From Utricularia gibba (taxonomy: Eukaryota > Plantae > Magnoliophyta), in NCBI GenBank assembly GCA_002189035.1, contig NEEC01000008.1, positions 2,604,001 through 2,668,000 on the forward strand: DNA of 64,000 nt. Reading direction: 5' to 3'. A model generated the notes under the pieces. The model ran no database searches. It was given only the letters and a program-made list of their open reading frames with translations, and was not told the origin of the DNA. Shown in pieces: positions 33,831 through 51,747 of the stretch; the stretch's first letter is position 1, and every line of letters begins with the position of its first letter. A program made the position numbers and the translations under genes.

Positions 33831-35114
33831 ATGATGCAAACTCCATTTGTGAATCAGGGGAAGAGCGTTCTTATGCTTGTGATCATCATCGCAATGAATT
33901 TCATCATACTCTACAGTTTCATTTTTCTTCATGGCGGCACCGTGAATGACGCTGTAAAAAGTTCTTCAAACTCCTCCTCTTGTGATTCAGCCACTCTGAT
34001 TCTCCAGCTTAACGCTACACGACATGAACTCCATGTCAAGGAATCATTAATCGATAACTTGAAGAAGGAACTGGAATCGGCACAATCCCAGAACGCTGAG
34101 CTTCGATCACGTCACATGAACGCTAATTCTGAGGCTAAGTACCGTGATCTTGTTGCTGGATTTAGTGGGGAAACCAAGATCATTGTTGACTCTCACAAGC
34201 TTTTCTTCGGAAATACTCCCAGAATAGGGACGAAGCTTCCATTTTCTTATGGAGCTCGTTGCTTGAATCAAAAGCGGGAGCTCATGAAGTACATGAGTTA
34301 TCAAGTTGGAGGTGAGTGTCCCATCGACGATGATCTCGCTCAAACTCTCATGCTTAAAGGGTGTGAGCCCCTTCCTAGGCGGCGGTGCTACACGAAGACA
34401 CCACCCAATTACGTCGAGCCGACTCCGTTGCCGGAAAGCTTGTGGTCAACTCCATCGGACAAGTCCATCATCTGGGATCCCTATCCGTGCAAGAACTACA
34501 CTTGCTTGGCACAGAGATGGCGCCTCCCTGGGAGCGAGAGGTATGACTGCAAGGATTGTTTTGATTTAGAAAACGAAGCATCTAGATGGACGCACAAAGA
34601 TGATCTATACTACGCATTAGATGAGGTTCTTGCACTCAAACCTGGTAGAACGATTCGCATCGGCCTGGATATAGGCGGCGGATCGGGGACCTTCGCAGCT
34701 CGTATGATGGAAAGAAACGTGACGATCATTTCAACTTCCATGAACTTCGATGCACCTTTCAATAGCTTCATTGCATCAAGAGGGTTGTTGGCGTTACACA
34801 TTACCATCTCACACAGGCTTCCATTTTTCGACAACACCCTCGACATCGTCCATTCGATGCATGTGCTGAGCCACTGGATCCCAGATATCATGCTCGAGTT
34901 CATTCTTTACGACATCCACAGGGTACTGAGGCCCGGGGGCCTTTTTTGGCTTGATCATTTCTTTTGTTATGGCTCACAGATGAACCAGACCTACGTCCCC
35001 ATGTTCAAGAGCCTCAGTTTCAAGATCCGAAGGTGGAGTATTGGGAAGAAATTGGATAGAAGAATTCAAGATGAAGTGTACATTTCAGCTATCTTTGAGA
35101 AGCCATTGGGATAG
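33831..35114 (+). CDS. Type II membrane SAM-dependent methyltransferase (At1g29790-like), tandem copy 2
   Basis: Intronless ORF paralogous to copy 1 with the same motifs. First ATG at 33831; an in-frame GTG at 33801 aligns with the ATG of copy 1. Confidence 0.9.
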   Translation: MMQTPFVNQGKSVLMLVIIIAMNFIILYSFIFLHGGTVNDAVKSSSNSSSCDSATLILQLNATRHELHVKESLIDNLKKELESAQSQNAELRSRHMNANSEAKYRDLVAGFSGETKIIVDSHKLFFGNTPRIGTKLPFSYGARCLNQKRELMKYMSYQVGGECPIDDDLAQTLMLKGCEPLPRRRCYTKTPPNYVEPTPLPESLWSTPSDKSIIWDPYPCKNYTCLAQRWRLPGSERYDCKDCFDLENEASRWTHKDDLYYALDEVLALKPGRTIRIGLDIGGGSGTFAARMMERNVTIISTSMNFDAPFNSFIASRGLLALHITISHRLPFFDNTLDIVHSMHVLSHWIPDIMLEFILYDIHRVLRPGGLFWLDHFFCYGSQMNQTYVPMFKSLSFKIRRWSIGKKLDRRIQDEVYISAIFEKPLG

Positions 35115-35841
35115 ACCCTAAATGAGCAGGCGTTTGTCTTCTTTATTGTAAAAACTGGAGGCCATTTGATGCACTCCACGTTAGCAACTAAAGTTTGGGA
35201 AATCTTCTTCGTTTTTGTTGTAACTTGGAGGCCAAATAAATGCATGTCATCTTTGATGTTCAACCCGACAACCGACACTTTAACAGGTATCACCTACCCA
35301 GAAGAAAATCTGTGGGAGTCAGGATGTTCATGTCAGCACGTATCAAGGGAAATGGAGGAGCTCTATCTTATCAGAATAATTTCTTTACTGAGCCTAATTG
35401 GCCTGGTCTTCGAGATGTGGACTAACAAAAATGGGATTCAACCACCTAGTGTTGATTCCTGAGTTGGTTCTTTAATCTATTTTTTTTCTTCCAGGGCTTC
35501 ACAGCAGCTACAAATTCCCTGGTAACATTTTGGGAAAAACCAGCACATTGGTCATACATGTGTTATAAAGTTGGAAGGAGCAATTAAAGGTAAGAGTGAA
35601 TATAGCTGAAGGTTGTTTGAGAGGCTCCAGCCATTCTTCCATTTCCTGGCAGATGTGCAGAATACAGATAATCTTATTCCAGTCCCATGCTAGGACTCTT
35701 TGAGAGTTGAATCCATAAGAATCCGAAGTAATCAAACCAATTTATTGTACAACTCACGGTACATTGTCGGTTTATTCAAACATAGACAAAAGGAAAAGGA
35801 CAAGCAACTGTGTACATTTCTATTGCAACTTAACAAACTCT

Positions 35842-40814
<4,973 letters not shown>

Positions 40815-42342
40815 AGCTGAAGGAAGTTAAACCGAAAAAAGGAAAAGTAGTTTATCCCCTTTTCTGAACTGCCTGCTGCCTTCAATTACCGCAAGAAATT
40901 CCAAACCTTTGGACTTTTTCTTCAACTACTCCAAAATCTGGGCAGAACACGGCATCTTGGTTGGTGTCGTTCAGGCCCCATTTTATTTAATCTCCCATTC
41001 AATCAAATGGGAACATACCCATTTAATGAATCACAGAAACTCATGTGGCAGTGGCTTCATCAGCTGTCCCTCAGGCTCCCGAAGAAGCGTAGCCTTCGGT
41101 TTTAATGGTGACGACGACCTGATCTGATCCGAGAGAAGTCTTTCCGATCCCCGGAATTGAAATGGTCTTGCTTTGTGGCGCCACTTCAAGTCAACGGCCA
41201 CCTTGACTTCCCTTTTTGTTTGATTTTTAATACCGGCAGCCTGTCGTACTCCCCATTCCCGCCTCCTCTCGGAAGCCACGTAGACTTTCAATATAATAAA
41301 TATTAAAGACAATTAGTTTATGTACGTAATCATAAAAAAAATATTATTTAATTTTCCAGAAAAATGCTAAATCCTCCCACACGTCTCTATTAGGTCATGT
41401 TTGAATATGTTTTTAAAAAATATTTTTCAAAAATATTTCTATTAAAATATAAATTAAAAAATAACATTTTTCAAATTTTTGTTATTTTTTGAAACATAAT
41501 TTATTGGCTATTTTCTAAAAGTTTTCATATATATTATTAATATTTATACTTATATATAACTTGAAAATAATATTTTGCAATTCCACTCCTATTTATTTTA
41601 ATGATTTTCCGAAACATGTGAATTAAAATCCGAATGAAAAAAATTGATGCCAGTAAATAAAAACCATGAATACAATTCTTTTTAATTAAATATTTATTGC
41701 CTATAAAAATTAGAAATAAAAATGATTCAATTTATAATCAGAAAAAAAAATCAACTAATCCACTTGCACGAATCTATTATAATGAGTCACGTGACTTAAT
41801 TCTATTATATTATATATTTTTTATTCCATGATATTAAGATGCAGATAATAGTCTCACACCATATTATAAAATCTGATAAAGTCAAAACAAATCAAATTTG
41901 TAAAAACAAAAAAAAAAAAAAATCTGATAAGAAATTGATTAGTTTTTATAAAAAAAAATTGAACAAAAAAAGAATCTAATTACACAATCACATAACTCAA
42001 AACTTGAAAGAAAAAAATCTTGCATGGATAAGGATCAATATACACCACAAATTTATGAAGTTTTCAAGTATTCTCATATCACACATTTTATTTCAAGACA
42101 GGAATGATATATGATCATGTAGTGTCACCTCATGAAAATGTAATCAAGAGAAGGGAAACTTTGTATGATACAGAAACAGGATAACAATCTCATAGGAGTT
42201 TTCTGCAAGTGTAAAATCACACATAAAGAGCTCATTGCATCTGAAATGAAACACATGACAACAACCATATTTTGTATGAGTGATTGTTCATCAAGAAAGG
42301 ATAGGAAGGCATGCCAGAGAAGTTGAGAGGCTTATGCTTATA

Positions 42343-45300
42343 TCACTCCACTTGATTCAGATTTGATACACGATAATTTCCACTGAAGGACATGAGGCTT
42401 TCGTTGCTGTAAAGATGGCGAGGACTTCTGGTAGAGGCACTGGGATGGCTGGCTGAACTTGATGCAGAATCCAGATTAGGATTGAGCCCAGCTTCTTCCA
42501 TTATCTTCTCTATCTCTTTAACCACCTCGCTCATGGAGGGACGGTCATGGCCTGATTCTCGAACACAGTTCAGGGCTAAATCAACAAACATCTGAACACT
42601 TGTTTCAGAAGCAGATGAGGCAACTATTGGATCAAACAGTTTATGAAGGTTATAAAAGCTCTTGGTTTTATCCATGGTTTCCATCACCTCACGAACAATG
42701 TATCTGCCTTTCTCAATCGGGGCTCTGGAAGTGAGAAGCTCCAACAGCAATACGCCAAAGCTATATACATCACTCTTTTCTGTTAGCCGCTGTGTCATGT
42801 AATACTCAGGATCCATATATCCCTGTCCATAGAAGAAACAAAAGTTCGTTGGGATTATAAGAATTCAGCAAACTCGGTAAGGTTAGACTACCATTGTCCC
42901 TTTAACTTGAGTGGTGAGATGATCTTCTGCCGGCTCTAGTAAAAACTGCTTTGAGAGACCAAAGTCGGATACTTCGGCATTCAGTCGCTGATCCAACATG
43001 ATGTTTTGTGACTTTATATCTCTGTGTATGATGGGAGGGTTCACAAGATCATGCAAATATTGAATCCCTTTTGCTGCTCCCAGAGAGATTTTAAGTCTCC
43101 TTGCCCAGTCCAATCTAACCCCCGTCTTCCCTATAAAATGTCCACAACCATAACCCATCAAGTTCCCATCCAAACAAAAGGATACAAAATCAAGATAGGA
43201 AACCTTTACAGGGTAAAAAATTAAATGAATCACTTGACTTGGTGGGGCTGATAAAGTTAGAAGTACCTGACAGACTATCCTTCAAACAACTGTTTGCAGC
43301 ATACTCATACACAAGCATTTGTTCCCCTCGCTCAAAGCAATAACCCACCAAGCTGATGACGTTCTTGTGATGAACCCTTGACAGGAGTTGAATCTCAGTT
43401 CTGAACTCAAGTTCACCTTGCAAAGATCCCTCTCGAGCTCTTTTGATGGCAACTTGCTGCCCATTCGGCAGTGTTCCTTTATATACCTGAAAGAGCATAT
43501 TTAAAAAAGATAAACAATGACATCAAATGAAAACCCTGAGGATATGCAAAGTTTCATAATGCAGCGATCCAATAATGTTTTTTGTATTATCGTTTCTAAA
43601 ACACTCATTGTTACAGACATGATGAAATTTCAACACAAGCGACATTGATGCTTCTACAAACCTGAAAGAGATTAGAATCAAATACAAACCTTTCCATAAC
43701 CACCAACCCGATTGAATTCATTTCTGAAAAATTATTGGTGCACTGCTTAAGTTCTTCAAGTGAGAAAAACCTTGGTCCTTGTATCTGAGGAAATCCACCA
43801 CTTTCCCATGGCGCTTCAACAAAATATAAAGAGTAAGAGCTATGACAAATATAATTATAGCGTGTGAAATACTACATTTTACCAATAGGATCCTTCCTGT
43901 GTAAAGGTGTTTCATGCCTTCTCCAACGGATGGCAGCATAAATTCCAACAAAAAGCAATAACAAAAACAGGACAGTTCCTCCAACTGCAGCACCAATGAT
44001 TGTGTTTCGTGAACCGGTTGTTGATCCTGGAAGATGACATAGAAATCAATTTTCAGAAATGAAAATGTTCTCTTAGTAGATTACGTAGTGAGGACGCTTT
44101 ACATTACCAGGAAATTTATACACCTCTGCAATGAAAAAATAAGGCCCAAACTACCTGGGTGTCTTGATAGACAGACTGCTCAACTTACCACCAACCATTA
44201 CAATCCCAGACTCATTGAAAACGGTGTCGGATGGAAAAATATCTACTCCAAGCAATAGATAGCCGTCCGTACGTTTAACAGGATTACTCAGAGAAACAGA
44301 GTCTACAGGAAGAGATCTAAATGCTTCCATCATGTTACTTTGAAGGGCTACGAAGGCTGTTGTGTTTCCAAGATCAGAGAAAGAAGGAGCGCGAAAATAT
44401 AATTTTCCCCTGTACGGGTATGCACATCTGCAATTTGGGCTGGATCTCATATATTTTCCACAAATAGGCATGCAGTTTTCTCGGGGCGATGAGTATGGAG
44501 GTCCCGAATTAGATTGCTGAGAGGTTCTACAGTAGGCCTCTGTTGATGTGGAGCATACTGGATTTTCCACAAGTCTTAAGTGAGCAGAGAATACAAGCGT
44601 CAGAGAAAGATAATAAATCATGAACGAAATAGATGGCAATCAGTATCCGATACTCACATGATCTCGACACCTGTTCCAGTGCCTGGAACAACATTATTAA
44701 TTGAGTTTTTCTGCAAATCAACGCGCCGCAGGCGTGTACTAGGACTAGGCCCCAGATCTAGTGTCCCATTAATATGGTTGTTCTTCATTGTACTAAAAAT
44801 CCATCAAAGAGAAAAATTTATATTACTGAGTAAATTCACAAAAGAGATTAAGTCAACGACTCACACAGTTTGCAACTCGTAAAGACTGAAAAGTTCTCCT
44901 GGAAGTTCCCCATGAAGATGCACGTTTTCCAAGACACTGCGGGTACGGGTGTTATGGAAAACGTTAGAAGCATTAGATTGAAAAGAAAACCTTTCGGACG
45001 AAGCAATTGTATGTACAGTGTTGTCAATGAGAGCAACTCAAGCGATGAAAACCACGGTGGAATATCCGTCTCTTCAAAGGAATTATTGCTCATATCCCTA
45101 CAAGTAATAGTATTTTTAGTCATGCACTTATGAACTAAACTATAATGAGATGGGTGTTTAAAAAAATACATAATATTTACAGATAATGTTATGACATACA
45201 CATAGGTCAGCTGAACCATGCCGCTTAGGTCAGGCAAGGGTCCATCCAACCTATTATTCGACAAGTACCTGAAATATTTGACTCACACGCAATCTTAGTT

Positions 45301-47158
45301 TAATGCCAGAATGAAGCAGGATTCATAATCGAAGTTGATCATAAAATTGATTATCTATCAACATACAGCTCTGCAAGAGAGGTAAGATTATTGAGATTTT
45401 GTGGAACAGTTCCAGTGAACGAGTTGTGATCAAGGCGCCTATAAAAAAAGCATTATGCGTTTAAAACATGTCATCCAGAAAAGGGATAGAAATTCAGTAC
45501 TTACAGAATCTGCAACTTCGAAACGAGCCCCAAAGTCGAAGGTATGCCTCCACTTAATTGATTGTTGTGCAGAAGTCTATGCACCACCAAACATCATGTG
45601 ACAACATTATCCAAGAAACACTCAGCAACAACTGATCAACACATACAAACTTACATGTGTATCAACGATAAATTTGAATGGAATAGCTCGGGTGGTAGTG
45701 ACCCAGAGAACTTATTATTTTCCAGATGGCTGCAAAGTGAAAAGTTTTGAAGCACGTCCTTACCCAACTCACGGAAACCACATCTTCATCATAAAAAGAC
45801 CACTAGACTCACAAATGGCCTGCCTTGACAAGCCGATCAAGGCCCGGTTGCTCTTCATGTGACACAGGAAGGTTTCCAGTAAGTTGATTATCAGCTAAAT
45901 CCAACACAACAAGATTTGACAACAACCCAATAGAAGGTGGTATTCTTCCACTGAAGGAGTTCTTATTAAGCAACCTGCATTGCAAATACAATCATGTGGC
46001 AGCACATTCATAAGTACTGGAAGAAGCTCAAGTATTTACAGCATAACCAATTTCTCCAATTCCCCAATTTGATCTGGTATTTGACCTGAAAATCTACAAC
46101 CAGTAAGAATCCTGCAATAAACAATCATTTCGTACACCTTCACTCGAGTCTTCATCAATTCCAGTAATTGTAAGATACCAAAAACCTTACAAGAGAGTAA
46201 GGTTCGATAAACTCCCAATCCCTGCTGGAAGCGTTCCCTCCAAATGACGATTATTCGATAAATCCCTAGAGTCGCGAATTCAAAATCAGTACACATATAC
46301 CCCTAGAAATAACCAATTATCGAACTTGAACAAGAATAGGGGTGCACAATCTCTGCAGCTCGGAAAGTTCGCCTATGTCTGCAGTGAGTTGGCCTCTCAG
46401 GTTTTGGCTCGCAAGTGTTCTGAACGCAACAAAAACCGCGAAGAAGAACAAGAATTAAATCACCCCTTTATATATACGTGTTTGTTAATATATTTTTCAA
46501 AAAAACATTAAAAAAAGATTCAAATTCAATTTATTTTTCAATAATTAAATCATGAACAATCATCTCAATCTAATATTTGAAAAAAAATAATTATTTTTCC
46601 AAAAAAAATAAGAATTTGAATTGAATCCAATCGACCTTGAATGATTTTTTTTAAGAGTAATTGAAATTCAAAATAAAGATTTTTTTAATCGTAAAGCCAG
46701 AGAAACTTACATGGCCACAACACGGTTATTATTGCACGTGATTCCGGTCCAACCGGATTCGCATGGATCTTTCCCATCATCCCAGTTCCGCGGGACGTTG
46801 CGCCATTCCCTTTTGATATTCAGCAGGTGTGCATCTGTTTGAATTCAGGATTAGATATGTTGAATGAATACACGTGAAGTCCAGATATACAAAAATGAAT
46901 CAAAATCGAACCGATTGCTAATAATTCATAATTTCTTATATACTTATTATTTCACTTTTATTTCTAATATGAGATTATATATTTTAACACATCATACAAT
47001 AAGAATGAAAGTCGAGCAGTGGATCCAGTGCATGTGAAGAGAGACTGAAATAAGCAGCACATACAATCGTTCGGCTCGATCAGTGCTGCTGTCATCAAAG
47101 CACCGAGTGCGCCCAACACAAGAAGGACTCCGGAGATCTTCTTCTTCTTCTTCATCAT
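42343..47158 (-). pseudogene. LRR-VIII-1 receptor-like kinase (HPCA1-like), tandem copy 2, with a premature stop before the TM and a frameshift in the kinase Gly-loop
   Basis: Same 19-exon layout from ATG 47158. In-frame TAG at 44151-44153 (KTPR*FGPYFF) aligns with the Gln codon of copy 1. A 1-nt deletion at 43703-43704 falls in GLGGYGK. All other exons and splice sites are intact. Confidence refers to the disrupted status; the family assignment is more certain. Confidence 0.7.
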
Positions 47159-48565
47159 TGCTTAGGAGGAGGATGAGAGTGGAGGCTGGTTGACTGGGGA
47201 GGAGACTTGGTGATTTGGTAGAGGGTTATCGTGTAATGAAATGGCTTAAAAGCATTGGGGGCCAGATGTATAAGACAAACTAACAAACCCCTCTCGACTA
47301 TTGCATTAAAATCAGGGGAGGGATTGGGATTGGGATTGGACAATTTTGGGATTTTAAAAATGGAATCAATTATGATTAAAAATGCATGATTCTATGTATT
47401 AAAATGCAACCATAATACCATACACCTGTTTATTGACACCATTTGAGTTTAGGTGAATCATGAAATAAGTGTTTATTTATAAATTAGTAATCCAAATGCA
47501 GTAGGATAAATTAGAAATTTGGGCATGTATCAGATATTATGTAAAAAAAATCACATTATATGTATTTTTTTAACTAAAACAATTAAAATTTTTAGAATCT
47601 ATTTTTACTTTTTCAAAAATATTTTAGATAATTAAAAATAATGAATAGAAATAGAATTATTTTAGTAAACTTTAAAAATATATGTAGAATTATTTTTCAA
47701 ACTAAATAAATAAATGGAAAAATAGAAAAATATGTAAAATTAGATCATTAATTAATTTTTCAAAAATAATTTTTATAGTATAATTTTAATATAATTATTT
47801 TTATAATTGATATTATTCTAAAATAAAATTATTTTTACTTTTTGAAAAGTAAAAATAGACTTAAAACATTTTACAGAACAGTGCTAACTATATGAGATAG
47901 AACTTGTCATTGGGCAATTTTATAAAATGTCCCATTTGACGTTAATGTCATGATCTGGGAAACGGAAAGAGACCTCGGAAGACCTGCGGGACCAGACATT
48001 TAATAAAGAAAAAGACGGGGCGTAGATTGGATACTTGATGTTTTGTTACATTATTACAATATATTAAAAAATGAGATTCTACAATTATTTAAAGAATTTT
48101 CCAATTTGATATTGGCTGTTCAAGATTTCAATATAACATATTTATAAATATTGGGTATTAAAAAAATAGGATTATCACGAGGATAAAATAGTACACGAGG
48201 TCAAGCTCAAGAACACGTGTCTTCAATCATATGTGGCGGCTTTTATTCTAAGCCGCTCATAACTTGTGTGCTAAAAAAACTTAAAAATTATTAAAAATAT
48301 TATTTAAATTTACATTGTAGAGTTAATAAAAATATAGAAAAAAAAACTTTTTTCATTTTCCTGCTAGAAATAAGGATCAAATGTCGGGGGGAATGCATCC
48401 AAGAACAAGCGTTGAGGCCAGGAATGAAAATGGGAAAATCTGTAGGAGATCAGAGTTGAGAACAAGTACCGGAACTGCAGCTGGGAAGGGGAGGCTGGTT
48501 CTCCGGGAGAGCTGGCAGCTGCTACGCCCGTTCTTCTGCGAGCAAGGCATCATCTGTGCTTATTG

Positions 48566-49662
48566 TCATTGGTTGCCCACGGCAAGATCATGCCAAGTGT
48601 CAGCATCGACTGGCTGGGTTTCCTGGTCTGGAAGCACAAAGCAATGCAGGAAAATGTAGCTCAGAATTTCCATGAGTTTCTTCAATTTGCTCTTGCTACT
48701 AATTTGGCAGGAATTACACATGCTGTCAAAAATCACATCTAGTCGCCTTAGAGTGTGCCAAATCCGTTTTTCAAATGCTCTAGACCTTTGAACTGAACTC
48801 TATCCGCTATACCAAGTTGGAGAATATAGAATAAACTGAAACTGAACTGGCATAGTTAACAGCTAGTTTGATGGAATTTTAAGGTCAAAGGGAAACCAAA
48901 CCACAACATGGAGGACTAAGACAACAGCATTCTTGGTACCCCCGGGAGACTAAATGTCAACAATGCCATAGTTAGAGGGACACGTTTAACCGTTTTCCTC
49001 AGTGTTTTACGCCTAGCGATGGTTTCAAAGAACAATGGTGTTTTGTCAAACAGCTAAATAAATTTTAGAAATAGAACCAGAAGGCAAAAGAGATTGCAAA
49101 AATTCAATAAATAAGAGTTTTGGGTCAAAAACTAGTCTTTTGGCTTGAGACATTGGCTAAAACGCAATTGGAAACACACAATCTGGGAGCATTCCTTTAC
49201 ATGATCCAAACCAAAGAACTGTCACATGAAAGCAGGAAAACTGGGAAACATTGAAGCAGTAACAATATTCACAAATTCACGCTGTCTTCAACAAGCATTT
49301 TTCAGAGAAATCAATTCCAAACCCCATAATCAGCCAACTAAAGATCCCTAAAAGCAAAAAAAATGATGCACAGGGGTTAAAAGGAACCTCGTCAATTAAG
49401 CACACTCAAATGAAAGGAATGACAGTAGGAACAACGCACTCGAATCTTCACCTTCCTCTGATCTGGCTGCAACCTCAGGAGGCAATGGGAGATCTACAAA
49501 CCATACAAATACCAAAACTGTGTTCAATATCCGAGCGAGCAAAGAAGAACAGAATCCCCGTGCAAAAGATATATAATGAAAATAACCATCATCAGGCAGC
49601 GTATCCCTCATCCATTCCTCGTCAACAACATCTATGAGCATGCCCAAGCTTAAATCCGCCAT
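48566..49662 (-). CDS. APC13: Anaphase-promoting complex subunit 13 (63 aa)
   Basis: Exons 49662-49587, 49493-49440 and 48627-48566 give [63 protein letters not shown], matching the recalled plant APC13 sequence. Confidence 0.93.
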
Positions 49663-51432
49663 CCTTCCTGCAGATTTCCGGTGAACTTTACGCACAATTT
49701 TCGAAAAATTAACGATTTCTAAGTGAAACCGAGAATGTTACCGTAAATCACTTTGAACTGCGCAAGGAAGTTCCCAAAGATTTGGCTTCGCACTTCCCAG
49801 TCCTCACAACAGCGAAATTAGGTCAACATTCAAATCACCCAATAGAAATCAATCTGTTTTTTTTCTTTATATTTTTAAAACGGTATATCAAAAGAAAGTT
49901 TTTTTTATTTTCCCTCTTTGATACGCTGAGTTGCACAATTGGTGCAATGATGTGACTCTTGTTGGCATCTCCAACCGCCAATGTGCATTATATTGTCATG
50001 TATTACATATATCTTCATTATTTTACATTTTTTATTTTCGAAAAAAAATATCTCATGTAAAATTAAAAAAGATCTCTTTATATAAATTATTCATTTATCT
50101 TGTCTATAATTAAGATGGAATTCGATATCTGCAACCATTCTCTCAACATGAAAGCAATGTCAAAGTTTTCTACAATAGAGATGACCGGGTTACACTAACA
50201 TTTGGCAACATCCAATTTTTTACCTTCTCCTGAATCAATAAGAGAAGCAAATTTAGTACTTGTAAGTTAATTTAGCAATATTGGATTATGTGTCATATGG
50301 ATATAGTATGTAACTTCATAGCTAGATTGCACAGTTCAAGACAATAGATATAGGGGCTTTTAACCCTTGGCATATAACATAGTACAAAGAATATTGTATA
50401 TAACAATGTAACACGATATATGTATTTTAAAAATAAAATAAACGATAAAAAAAGCCATTCTCTCAACAACAATGAACCTCTACATTGTTAGAATCATCCT
50501 AGTGAGGCTTGGTGCTAACGAACTTCTTCTTCTTCTTTTTTATGCATTAACTTCACTTGAATGAGAGAAATTTGAGAACATGGTGTGCTTTTGTTGGGCA
50601 GTTTCTCATGAATTTTTTCTACCAAGTTCATGTACATGGACACAACCCTTCTCATAAACAACAAAAAAAGTTGCCCACAGCAAACCAGGCAGGTGCAGGT
50701 AGGGCTCTGGCTGGGAGGTCAAAGGGAGGCCTAACATGAGTTTGAATTAGGGGCGATGGTGCTTGCAGTTGCCGTGAAGCAACAACTGAACTGCCCCCAA
50801 ACGAGAAGCAAAAGAATGATCCATGGGATGGCCAACTTCCCCAACCGCTAACATAAAATCATCACGCTCTCACATTGCATAATTTATACGGTTGCATTTG
50901 AATTTATATTATATATGAATCAATACGATGTTACGTAAATATGTAATATATTATTGAGTTAATATGATAATAATAAAGTATTAAAAAATAATACTTTTAA
51001 ATAATAAAAAAATTATAAACTAATGAATGTATTGTTCAAATGCGTATCATGTTACACATTTAATATATCCCACTTGAAATATTTTCATAATACATGTAAC
51101 ATAGCTTTGAATGGAACCAATTCGAATTTAACTAATAAATAGAGGTATTATTTATTTTTAATGTTTATGTTAATTTATGTGTTTTAGTGAAAAAATATAT
51201 TTTTTTTCATGAAGTTAGTTATTTTTTTAATTAGTTAATTTTCTTGAATTTACGGAGGAGGAGGGCGATGGGGCTCCATGATGGAAAAATGGCATCCCAA
51301 ACTGCAAATGAGAAACCCCACACACTAACTCGAAAACGACGCCGCATTGGCCCAAAAATAAATACATGTCTCGCCAGCCGCACTTGGCGACACCAGAAAG
51401 GAACAAAGAAACAAGCGCACAGCACTCACTAC

Positions 51433-51747
51433 ATGTTCACATCCTCCGCACACTACTACTCCTACTCCGCCTCCGCCATGGAGCCGGCCTACTTCCTCCG
51501 GAGCGAGACGGCGGAGAAGCGGCTGCTCTTTCTCAGAAGCTACCAGTTCTCCCGGAAGCGAACCCTGGCCGAGAAGATGAAGAGATCCCTCGTCAGAGTG
51601 AAAAGGGTACTGTGGCTCCGCTTCAGAAGGCTTCTCCAGAATGGGGCCTTCGGTATCCGCCGCAGACGCCGAGCCTTCTTCTCCCGGCGCCTCTACGCCG
51701 CCCGCAGCTGCTACCACTACCACCACGGCACCCCTTCTTGGTTTTGA
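51433..51747 (+). CDS. Small basic plant protein of unknown function (LFLRSYQFSRK motif)
   Basis: GC-rich coding-like ORF in an AT-rich background, starting at ATG 51433 or 51478. It encodes KRLLFLRSYQFSRKRTLAEKMKRSLVRVKRVLWLRFRR, resembling a recalled uncharacterised plant family. The track start at TTG 51244 is unlikely. Confidence 0.65.
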   Translation: MFTSSAHYYSYSASAMEPAYFLRSETAEKRLLFLRSYQFSRKRTLAEKMKRSLVRVKRVLWLRFRRLLQNGAFGIRRRRRAFFSRRLYAARSCYHYHHGTPSWF

